From: Klebsormidium nitens
Lineage: Eukaryota; Plantae; Klebsormidiophyceae
Length of the DNA: 64,000 nucleotides
Direction of reading: 5' to 3'
Assembly: GCA_000708835.1 (NCBI GenBank)
Contig: DF237414.1
Location: 10,281 to 74,280, forward strand
Part shown: positions 48,176 through 59,711 of the stretch, piece by piece
Position numbering within the stretch: the first letter of the stretch is position 1
Layout: every line of letters starts with the position of its first letter
The notes under the pieces: model-generated
Database searches by the model: none
The model's input: the letters and a program-made list of their open reading frames with translations, nothing else
What the model was told of the DNA's origin: nothing
Made by a program: the position numbers and the translations under genes

Positions 48176-48824
48176 GATGACAGCGGGGGAGCTCTATTTT
48201 CAGTGCACCCTCTGGTTGAAGGCAGCAGATTCAAATCAGCACTGCAACAAGGCAATCAACTTGAGGTCTCGAATGCAGGCGCCTGCATGCTGTTTATCGA
48301 CACAGAGCCCAGCAGATGTTGCATGCTGACTCCCTGGCTTGAAGTTGGAGCAGCTTGCTTCTGAGTTTTCAGAACAAAAGGCTGTCAAAAGAATCACATA
48401 AGCGAAGTCCAAATCAGCAAATATATAAAGAAGTTGCAAGGTTGTTAAAAGTATTACATGAAAATCCGACATGAAGGCTTATTTGGCGCGAAACTTGGTC
48501 AGGCAGCCCGCCTTCTTATTGGATGTTTGTATATCCCCAATTTTGCTTATACAAACCTACTTGGGAAAAAGCGCTGCAAGCTACCTAGGTTAAACCTGAA
48601 AAGCAGCAGAGTTGAGAGGGAATCTTGAGCAGACCTGTGCTTTGCCTAGAAACCTTAGACTTTTTGAGAGTTGAACCTGTTTGAACCTAAAGTTTGATGG
48701 AAGGCCAGTGCTCATACATTGGCTATGAACTTCCTGCTTGGGGCCATACATGGTCGGAGGCAAATGTGCCAAAGCGCTGGGCTCCATAATAAAATCGGTG
48801 TTGTCTAAGACAAGAAGCTGAAAA

Positions 48825-51800
48825 ATGCCGCCCAAGGCATCTTCTGCCGCAGAAACCAGGGTGTACAAGGGGACTACGAATGTCAATGGCAAGTCCTACT
48901 GGCGGCACCCAAGCAGGCCGTGGGTGGTGGTCAGAGGGAAAGTCCCTGGTTTGTATGCTCTGCTTAACGGTGCGTTTCCTCTTTGTTCCCCTTCTTATTT
49001 TCAGGAAACAGCTTCGTATCTCTGTCATTGTTTTGTTCTGGGAGCTCGATGGTGTCTGCTTTGTCTTGAAGTCCACATTGTAACCTACACATGGTTAAGG
49101 TCTATGCATAATAGAAGCTGGATGAGTTCAGAGTCTTGTTTAATCTAGCGTAATCCGGCCCGCTCTAAGCCTGCACCTGGCATCCATTGAGAGTGCCTGT
49201 GTTGCGATGCCCCCACTCAGGCTTTCGGTTAAGTTGATTGCTTATCTACATCTTTCAATCGCTCCGTTACTAGTATTGGCCATTTTCCTCCTTGCTCTTC
49301 CTGAAGCCTGTTGTGTCTGTAGGCCCCTATGGAGCGGAGAATCAGATCAAGGGGTATCCTTATGGCAAGTACGTCCGCCAGAGTTCCCACACGGAAGCAG
49401 TTGCCTTCCTGGATGCCAATGGAATGGACATCAACACGCACGATTGGGCGAGGCTCCCTGGGGATGAGAGACTTCTCGCAGAGTGGAACAGGTAGGCCTT
49501 GTTCCGATTCAGCCCCACTAACCATTTTTGTGGCTTACAATAACCAGAATAAACTACCGCTCAGACTGCTGTAAAATGCCCTTTCGTTCCCTCTTCCTTC
49601 GTTGGGGGTCAGATCGCGGAGACTTTTTGGAAATTGACTGTGCAACTCAATTGGAACCTTCGCTCTTCTGTATGCATCCATTTTGCAAGCTCAATGTTCA
49701 GGCGAACGCCTTGTTCTGATTGCCTACAATCAGCATCTCTCTGCCGCCAACTGGAAATGAGGTTGACTTTGAATGCAATCAAGTATCACCTTGGGCGTCA
49801 CAGTCACGCTTGGACTTCTTAGTAAAATCGAGATCCTGGCCTTTGCTTTGTACCCTTAGCTTCAAGTATCCCCTTAGAGGAGCTCTTTTAAGTATCCCCT
49901 TGGACTGAGCTCCTCTGAAGCACTTCCACATGGTTGAGACAGCTGTGCCCATTGACTGTACCCTGTTTCCTTGAGCAGGCAGATGGCACTCTATGAAGAG
50001 AAGGTCAACGGGGACCCAAACTTCCTTGAACAACTCAGGGCGGAGGGGCGTGCCCTGGGCCTCACGGACGAGGCTGATCAGCCTCCAGACGAGTCTACGA
50101 TGCTGCTGCGCCTGTCTGCGCGAATGCACGTCCTTGAGAAGGAAAACGAGGAGCTCAAGGTGGGGGCTGTTGTGCACACTCTCTTTGCCAAGATTTTCGA
50201 TGTTGAGGAAGTGAACGAAGAGAAAGCAACAAAGGGAGAGGTATACAGGTTTGTTGAGCAACAAAGGGAATGTGCAGCTGCCTAGGTGAGACCTGTCGAT
50301 CGGGGCTTCTGAATTGGAGATTGGTCGTCTGTTGGCTGCAATGAATGAGAGACGACTTGAACTGTGGAAAGCTCCTCACCCTCCTGTGTCTGAATAGCCC
50401 TTTGAATATGATTCGCACCATCGCATAACACAAGAAATATTTCGTTGGAAAGGATCTCAATGAATTGGACAGAGAAAAAGGGAGATTCCTGACAGGGAGA
50501 AACAATGAGGGAAGTCTCGAGGCTATTTTTAGGGGCAGAACGGAGCTCAACTCGATTGCTGCAGGCCGCAAACGTCGCGCAGCAGACCATGTATCGCAAG
50601 GCGCTCGTCGAGGCAGACAAGATGGCGCAGAAGCAGGTGATGCGCCAGTTTCGTGAGTTCCAGGCGAAGGAGGAGGCGCTCAAGAAACGGATTGCAGAGC
50701 TCGAGGCGACCCTCGCAGCGGTACCCGCCCTCGGGGAAGCTCCACCCCTGCAGATCACGGATGGCGGGACGGAGTCAGGGGGTGCGGGGCTGGCGAGTGC
50801 TCCGCGAGGGAACAATGGGGGGGTTTCGCAAGCTGCTAACTTTACAGAGGAAGGAAGGTCTGTCAGGGACGAAGGTCCGGCAAGGGGAGAAGGGGGATCG
50901 AGAGGGGCAGAGTTGGACCGATCGATTGCGAATCGTGCGGCAGAGGCCGTGAGATTTGACAGGTCGGGTGCGCATGTGAGCGGGACGCAGGAGGCGCAGT
51001 TCGACAGGGGGGCTGATACGCAGGCGCCAAGGGGGGGCCCACCTGAGGAGCAGGATGGGGGCGTAGACGGAACGGGGGTGCTTTCTGACGACGAAGAAAT
51101 GTTGGCGGAGATCCTGAACGGGGGCTTGAGCGGCGCCGAAGCCGAAGAAGCTGCGGCGTACCGAGAGGTCGGGGCCAAGCGGGACGGGCAGCACAATGTG
51201 GGGCCGCCGAGGCCCAGCACTGAGCGGGGACAGCGAGAGAACGAAGTCGAGATGCATTCGGAGGAATTCACAGCAACCGGAAATGGTGGGAGCGACCCTG
51301 TGAGATCAGAAGATCAACTTGCAAACCCTCCTCTCGCGGATTTGAACCTTCCCCCGGGTCGGGTCTTACCGGTCATACCGTTCGGGGCCGTGGAAAACGC
51401 TCCTGCAGTCACCCCGAACAGGCCCGCCGCAGCTACGTCTTCCGTAGCGAGAAGCACCGAAGCTGCTCGGGCTTCGTCAGTGCCCTCGGTATGCGAAGCG
51501 TCCGCTTCTGTGCCTCTCTCAGGGATCAGGGCCCCTTTAGAAACGACTGCCCGCGAAACCCGGGTTGAAAGGACGGTCCCACAACTCCCCGTTGTCAGTG
51601 TGCCCCGTTTGCCGAATGTCGCCGTCGCCCCCCGTCCTGACGGTCCTTTGCCAATCGAAACGATCACTGGGCCTCGCACATTGCAAAGTCGGGTCGAAGT
51701 AGAGAGGCCTGACCAGGCTTCGAAAGGGTTGGCTGCACCAAGTAGACCGCAGGCGGGTTCCGGGCGAGAGTCGGTGCCTCACAATGTGGTCACGCCCGCT

Positions 51801-54800
51801 GGTCCTGCCCGGGTTTCCCCTAACCCTGCAGCTAACCCCGTCGACCCACATCTCAACAACCAAGCTCCGGTTACTGATAACCCTGCGGGGTTGGGTGGGG
51901 TTACTGCCGACCGGGCGGCCGCTCTGGAGGGTCTGTTGCAGAGCGGGGTGTTCAAGAGTGCGGCTCGGCATAGGCGGAAGCTGCTGATGACGTATAAGGG
52001 GGGGAAGCAGCCGGCGAAGAAGCCAACCGCACCGGCTCCCAGGAAAACGGACTACGTCAGGCAGGGCGAGGAGGGATACGTAGAAGGGGAGCAGAGCGTA
52101 GAGCTTGGACGGTCCAGTGGGGAAGCGAGAGAGAGTAACGGAAGTTTTCGGACGGCTAGCGGGGTTGAGCAACTAGATGGGAGTCCGGGAGTTCCTCCAA
52201 AAGAACGTGGAGCTTTGGTCGCGCACCGAAGTGTTGGTGTGGGTGGGCCAGAGGCGACCAGCGGTATCGCCTTCCGATCCGTTGGCAACCAAGGGGCTCG
52301 ATCCCTGCTACCAACGGAAGCTGTCGGAATGCCTGGGGCAGGGGTGGCGGCGCCAAGTTCAGCTGTTGGGGCGACTGTTAGACGCGCTTACTTCCCAAGT
52401 GAACTCATTCCTGCAGTTCTGACGGATGCGGGAACCCAAGCCACGGGTCTCGGGTCTGCCAGCGCAACTGAAGCGGCCAGTACACCTGTCGGAGCGATCG
52501 CGCCAGCTGTCGAGCCGCCATTTGTGGACCCGAGGATAGCGCCCGGGCTTGGCATTCCGGTGGGGTTGCAGGGTCTTGGCCTTGGACTGGGACAGTCAAG
52601 ACAGCCTAACCGACCCAGCGAACAAACAAATATGGGCTTGGAGGAAAATGCGGTCGCGGGGCAGGCGCCCGAGCCGGCCAAGAAAAGGGCGCCACGGAAA
52701 CGAAAGAGCGCTGCAGAGACCGGCGACCCCGCTCCGAGGAAGAGGAAGAAGAAGGTCGCCGGGGAAGGGACTTCAGGCGAGCTAGGAACCGGGGTGTCTA
52801 CTGAGGCGTCGGGAGAGGTGGCAACTAGAGCGACGGGGACAACGGGAGGGGATAACGTAGCAGGAACGTCAGGAGGGGGGGTGCCTGGAGGGGCGGCTGG
52901 AGGGGAGGGTACTGAAATTCGGGTGGGTGCTAGGACCGGAGTCGGAGCGGAGAAGGCCAAGAGAAAGAGGGTGCGAAAGCCAGATTCGCGGTACTTCAAT
53001 CCGGACGGGACGAGAAAGCCGGCGGAGGAGCGGCCGCCGCCAAAGCCACGAAGGGCACGTGAGTACTCCATTGCCCATTTCAAAAAAGCCAGTTTTTAGG
53101 CTGTCGTCGTATGGGCTTGATGGCAACCAGAATCTCGATCGCTCTAACAAAGTCCGAGTCTTTGCTTCAGCTATTATTGCAATTCTGGATCGAGGCAGTT
53201 GGTCATTTCTGCACAGGGACTGAGAGCAGACGACACTGATCCCTGACTCTTTCCTTGTGATGAAAGGCCCACATAAGTGCCACATCAAACAGTGCTCGCG
53301 GTATGTCGTCGAAATTGGTCCACCTCAGTGCAGGCCGTCAGATTGTTTGACATTGAACGGACTTTTCAGAAAGCAATAAGGAATGAGTCGAACCTGCTGA
53401 AGTCTCCCGCTACTGTGACCCGATGAAAAGATGGAACTTGTTGGAACATACATCAAATATCTTGGTAAGGAAGAAAACCAGCAGGAGAACTAACGGGTTT
53501 CCATATCCGCCATGCCTAAATGCTGCCCACTCTCGATTTGCAGCCAATCCGGAGACCGAGCGCATAAAGAACAGGTGCCGCTTCGATGGCTGCTCCAAGT
53601 ACGCGACGTTCGGCTACCCGACCGGCCCCGGGAGCATCCGGCGCGCGCGCTGCGTGGCGCACAAGCTGCCCGGGATGCTCACGGACAAGAGGTGCCACGT
53701 CGAGGGTTGCGAGGTGGGTGACGCACGCTCTGGTGCAAGCAAGTCTGGAAATGAATGCACTGATCTTGAGAAGCTTTACTTTGGCTTATGCAGTCGGAAT
53801 TTGGGATGCTTTTTGGACCTGAAGGATTGCGAGACAGCTTTTCATCCTCTTTGTTGAATAGCAAGACCAGGTTTCTCGGACTCTATGATGCTGGTCTGGT
53901 TGCTAACCTCGTATGTATTGGGTGCATACGCATGAGGCATGCCGCTTGGATTCTGCACGGCGGGTGGCATGAGTCCTGCTTTGGGGTTATCACGTTGCGA
54001 GAAGCTGGGCTGGTTTATTCTGTGAGCCGCAAAAGGTGGTGGAAACTGAAGCGAGTGCCAGGTCGACCGTCGAAAGCGCAAAGCCTCGACTTAAACAGTC
54101 CCCTTGACTGGCCACTTCCCTGCAACCTTTTCCAGAACCTTTTCAGACTCCGTTGTTACGGGTTTCGAAGAACCGCTCGTTGACAAAGTCGCCATCCAGC
54201 GACTCAGTTCTGGAGCCTTTTCCAGGTTCGGCAACCAAGTCCTGCACTGTGGATTAGCCCCTTGCTTGGAACGCGGGTGTCGATGTAGTGACCATTCACT
54301 GTTCCTTCGCAGAAGCGGGCGCACTGCCGGTTCCCCGGGAAAAGGGTTACCCACTGCACGCGGCACGCGGAGCCAGGCATGATCAACGCCGCGTGAGTGT
54401 CCTCGGCTCCTCTCCGCTTTCTCTTTTTATACGCCCACTTCCTTGCTGCGGACGTGTTTCCTTTCCACCCAAGTAGAATGCAGAAATCAGGATTGACACT
54501 CTGAAGGCCTGGCAGATACAGGCAGAGACCATCAGTGAACGAGATGCGTTTGTCAAAGCGACAGGATGTGTAGCGAGAAGAGTCGTTTTGCGACTTCGCA
54601 TCATGCCTAGAGGAAACCGGTTGAGCCGCCAAAGCCGCGTGCTTGTTTGGCGACTCTGCTAACTTCTCCAGAACTTTCCCGTATATCGGGCCTAGCTTCA
54701 CGAATGTCCGAACAACATTGTATTGATAGAGATTAGTTGAACTTTCGTGGCATGAGAGGGTGCAGACTTGTCACCCGGGCACTTAACCGTTATTCAACAT

Positions 54801-55927
54801 CTTGACGTTTTGGCAGAAACAAATCTGTGCCTGATCTGGCTGGTGATGGTCTCCCTGCAGGAACAACGCCCGGTTCTGCAAAGCCGAGGGGTGCGAAAAG
54901 GTCGCCACCCTGGGTTGGGAGGACCAAAAGACGGCCATCGCATGCCACACGCACAAGCAGCCCGTAAGGCTACTGCTGCTCCTTGGTGTGACGATGGCTT
55001 GCTTGACGTACGATTTTTGAAATGGCTTCTTGAGATGTGTCGTTTTAAAGCTGTTGCCGCTTTCTGTCGTTCCGCAGCCAAGTAGGTGCGGTGGTCTAAG
55101 TGACCGGTTGTCTCGGATCGTGTACAAGAAACAGTCGCGAATCGTAAGCGGTAACCGACTGGTCTTCACGGTAGCTCCAAGTATTCGAAAATTCGTCATC
55201 TACACCCTTAACCTTTCCTCACGATTGGCGCTCAAAGTCTTCACTTCACCAGAATTTTCACCAGTGAACCTTTTTCATGACGGACGATTGGCGTTTACTG
55301 TTTTTGACATCACCTTCCAGCCCTGCGCACTTCGCCTTTGCCACATAGCCGTACGCAATCCGTTACCGGAATCATTACCCTCAGTCTATGACCCGCAGAC
55401 TTCGCCGGAAACTCTGGCGTCCGCATCGGCGGTTGGCAGCGGGCAATGATTGCGAACCCCTCCGCACGAGGGGTTCTGGAGGGCTTAACGGTCTGGAGAG
55501 ATGAAGCTGGGGGCTGCTCCGTCAATAAACGGTTCCGAAGTTCTGTTGCCGGGCCCACCAGCGTACCTATTTCTGGATCGAAACCGTCCCCGTTCTTATC
55601 CATCCTACCCATCCGCAGGGCATGGTCCGCACCGGCGCCCACCAGCTGTGCCTCGCCCCCGGCTGCAAGAAGCGCTTCTCGCACGCCTTTTTGGGCGACA
55701 AGCGCCCGTCGTTCTGCAAGCGACACGCGCAGCCCGGAATGATCAATATCCGGTCGCTGCCAAAGTGCAACCAACCGCTCTGCAAGGAAGCGGTGACCCA
55801 CGGATTCCAGGGCGACAAGCGGCCGTCCAGGTGTCAGCAGCATACGCTGCCGGGAATGGTTGACTTCACGGCCGGTCAGCACGTGCTCGGGCGGCGAGCG
55901 GAACCAGGATTGAGGATATTAGCTTGA
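48825..55927 (+). CDS. Predicted protein of about 1216 aa: RNase H1 N-terminal/caulimovirus viroplasmin-like hybrid-binding domain, coiled coil, long disordered region with basic NLS-like clusters, then five EsV-1-7-type Cys/His repeats (alternatively two adjacent genes)
   Basis: Exons 48825-48969, 49323-49491, 49979-50159, 50565-53058, 53544-53713, 54313-54392, 54861-54963, 55619-55927 sum to 3651 nt in frame with GT-AG boundaries. N-domain WVVVRGKVPGLYALLNGPYGAENQIKGYPYGKYVRQSSHTEAVAFL. Repeats follow C-x3-G-C-x-K-x-A-x2-G...C-x2-H-x2-PGM. Alternative model: ORF stops at 53099 and a second gene starts at ATG 53431. Confidence 0.62.
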
Positions 55928-56816
55928 GCAAGCGAGATTGAGATTTTCCTTGGCGGGCGGTGCTAAGCGGTTGGCGGTCGTGATGTCATGCAATGGACAC
56001 TTTGCGAATGTGCTGTGATTGCACTTTCAAGCGATTGGAGTGGTTTCAATGGCGGCTACCCTTCTCAGCAGCTTGACGAGCTTTCAAAGAAGAAATATGT
56101 GAAATCTACAACGCTTTTTGGTCGACTTGAGCTGAAGTTCAGATACATTTGTTGACTGATCCACGTACCTGGTTTGTTGTTTCATGGTTAATGATGGCAA
56201 GTTTCAATCTTGCAACATATACAAGCTTGCTACTCGTTTACTGACCGGGAATCGACATCCGAGCCGCCTAGCACATGTGCAAGATCGCGTACGTCCAGTT
56301 TCAATGCACCAAGACATGATTGGCCATTCGAGTCTTCATGTCAGTTGCATCACGCGAAGCAGCATCCACATGTATAATTCCAAACGATTGTACCTTCTCC
56401 ACTCGCACCAAGCAATTCGATATTTGCTTAGATCGATCAAGCCTGACCGTTGAAAGGACAATGGCCAGGCCAGTCGCGGGACACTGATGATCTGCATTGC
56501 ACCATGCACCTCAGTGCACGACCACCTTCCCACAGGGCGGCCGGGCCGCGCTTTACGTGGAGGTCACGCGGCCGCGCTGGTAATATACGGGTCAACGGTT
56601 AGCGAGACCCATATGCTAAACCACTCGGTAACCGCCTGGCTGTTCCTGCTCTGCTCAGCTCTAGAGTCTGGGTACTTTCTCGTCAAGAAGCCTTCAAACT
56701 TCGAAGGGCGCCAGGAGTTTTTCCTTTATTTTGTTAAGCTCTTGTTGACAGGCGCCCTCACAGCTTATGTACAACTGGTGCGAGAAATTTACAGGGCGTG
56801 AGTGTGAGCTTCAGTC

Positions 56817-58795
56817 ATGGCGGCTCTACTTCAAACTTGCCAGTCCTCTGGGTTAGCTTTTACACCGTCCATCGCAGTGCTCCAGACAAGCCAAGCGAAT
56901 GCTGCTGCACCTCACATCATGTCAACTTCCCAACAGCATTCTAGAACGGAATGCTGCCAGTGTGCACAGTCAAAGGGAACTTCTTTGGCCTTGCTCAGTA
57001 ACCGCACCATATTAGGGAAAGGAAGTCAAATTGAGCAATTGTGGAGGCCTTCCCCGTTGACGTCAGTGGTTGGCCTGCGGCAAAAGAAGCAGCGAAAAGG
57101 GGTGGTATTTTGCGACGCTGATGATTCTTCAAGCAGCTTTGACCCCGCACAATTGCGAAGGGACATGGAGCGCCTCAAGAGACAGGAGGAGAAGAGAAAG
57201 AGTCAGCGGCGGCAGAAGATTCTGGAAGCGGCAGATCCTTCTCCATCAAAAGGTGCAAAGAGAACGTTGAGCGAGGCTGTCTCTGAGGCCCGTGGCTTTG
57301 GTGCTGATGCATTACAGCAGGACTTGGAAAGAATAAGGGGCCTGGAGGATAAGGACAGGGCACTGAAGGCTGGGCGTGATGGTCCTGGGGTAAGCTCCGT
57401 TGGCAGGCACTTTATACTTTCAAAATGGCTTTGCCATGTGCACCGCTGATTCATAATACCATGTGCGCCACCCTAGAAGGAGTCTGTCCCAAAACCAACG
57501 AAGTTGTCAATCTGCTCAACAGGCATTTGGCATTTGCTCTATCGCTGTGGTTGGCTCCTTAACGCCTACAGGTTTTGCTTTTGGCAGGGGCCTACTGACT
57601 TGGCGCTCAAATTATGAAGCCAGATTACTAAGTTGGCCTACTAAACCAAGACTTGTAGCCAAAGCTTCCTGTGTAGATTCCTTTGCCATGTTCAGATTCT
57701 TCCTCTTGGCCAAAGCAAGTGAAGGGATGTGTACAGGGATCTTCTGCTGATCTATATAGATTGTTGCTCTGGTTCCTAACCTGAGTACCAAGCATGGTCT
57801 GGTGTTGGAACCCTTACCATGTCACAATATTGTCGTCCACTTCAATTCAGTCTCCACGGCCTTTTGCTCGTTGACTCTATCAAGGCAAATTCAATGTCAC
57901 ATGTTGCATTGCATAACACCAGTCTTGCACTTGTGCAGGACCGATTGAGCAGCGATGAGTTTCAAGAGGCCAAGAGTTTCTTTGCAGCAACAAAGGAGTT
58001 CAGCGACAATGCAACCCGCGCAACAAAGAGCGTCATAGACACCATTCTCGTGGCCGACTTCTTCTTCATCATCCTTGTTTTGCTCTGGCTGATTGCAGGT
58101 AAACAACGAGAATACATATTCTTCTACGTCTCATACCTTGCTCCTACCTTCCACCATGTTTTCGGCCCCAGAGCATGGCTTTCATCACTGTTGTTTTTTG
58201 AGGAGAAGACGTTCGATCACACCTTATGAACTGGCAGGCCATGCAAATATTAAGAAGGGAGGGGTCGAAGCAAAGTACTGTAGTCAAATTTTCATCAGCC
58301 AACGCTGATCGACTGGATTCGTTCACCACAGTCATCTGGTCTATGCTGGATTCTTAAAAGGAAAGCTTTCCTATGGGTAGCGAGGACACTCTCTATCGGA
58401 CTGCTTGCAGAGTCAGGATCTGAGCTTCAAACCTTTTTGCTCTGACATCTGCTTCACAAAACGCTTTGTCTTGATGTTGTTCCGAGTTTCGACCTTAGAA
58501 GCAGTGATCAGGGCTCGTTCTTCTCCATCCGGTTTTCTGAACGACAATATCAGTGGCGCACAAAGTATGCTGTGATGTTTGGTGCCTTTGTCCTCGACCT
58601 GACGAATCTTTTTTTACCCTTGTTTTGTATCTATTCGCAGGAGTTGTTGAAAGGCAAGCGCTCGACTCTACGAAACTCCTCGACGTGTGGTTACCCTTAT
58701 GGGGGACTGTATTTCAGCCGGCCATCGGAGTTCTTATGGCAGGGACTATCGTATCAGGGACGATCAGCACCTTGTCACAAAATCCTGACGAGTAA
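56817..58795 (+). CDS. Putative plastid-targeted membrane protein of unknown function, about 295 aa
   Basis: Exons 56817-57389, 57939-58098, 58641-58795 in frame. Ser/Ala-rich N-terminus ending VVFC resembles a transit peptide; coiled coil follows; two C-terminal hydrophobic helices (ILVADFFFIILVLLWLIAG, WGTVFQPAIGVLMAGTIVSG). Confidence 0.75.
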
Positions 58796-59711
58796 CTGTT
58801 TGGAGTCGCACCAAACTTTTTCGTCCCCCATGACTTCCTGATCGCAATTCCGCTGCTTGCATATCATGAGCATATCTGCAGATTCGAACGAGTGACCATT
58901 GGGCGACCATGAACCAGACTATTAGGTTGAGCAATGTCAAGCTTCGCCAGTGCTTGGTGAATGATGTTCTATAGCGATCTTTTCAAAACGCCATAGCCAT
59001 ATGGGCCATAGGCTTCCATAGCACTGATACATGGTCGGAAATTAATGTTTTGAGTTTGAACGCCAGGCTAGCCTACCCGCGGCAGCTTAATCTGCGTGTG
59101 CTACGTTCATAATTCTTGGAGATTGATCAGAGTATATACTGACTTATGTTGCGACCGCGCGCGACGGTTTGCCTGAACATGGTTCATGCATGTGGCGAAT
59201 GACCGTCTGGCGTGAATACCATGACGTACAACGCGGGAATTGGGATATGTATCCTCATATGTGGATGACGGCCTTTAAGCATGGCACATGTACCGCAGTA
59301 CGGTCAGACATGCGAATCCGACCGGAAGCGTCGTTGCCCATACGTTTGCTAGCCGCCTGAAGTTGACGGACGCCTTGCTGACCGTCCGCGACCTGCCCGG
59401 CCGCCATCAAACGATCGGAATCCGCATTTCAAAAAATTCAATGATTACCATGGCGATCAGAAGTTAACTCATGGTGCCAAGCGGCGGCATCTGTGTGGTT
59501 GATCTATCTAGCGTTGCATTTCCTTGTAAGTCTATGTTGAGTCTTTATGGAAGCTTGTATGTGCAGGAATCGAGGCTGCCTCTACCTGGCAAAATAGGCC
59601 ACGACAATGGACTTTCGAGAGTAACTCCCGACGTCTTGTATGTGAATGCGTGCCACTTAGTTGCACCGCGCGCTGCAGCTGCTTCCAATCGATTGCTCAT
59701 GAAGGCAAGAC

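Noticed and set aside
50282-53083. Long minus-strand ORFs (50282-51271, 51537-52172, 52388-53083)
   Set aside because: Antisense shadows of the GC-rich, low-complexity plus-strand exon; Pro/Ser/Ala-rich with no domain signal.
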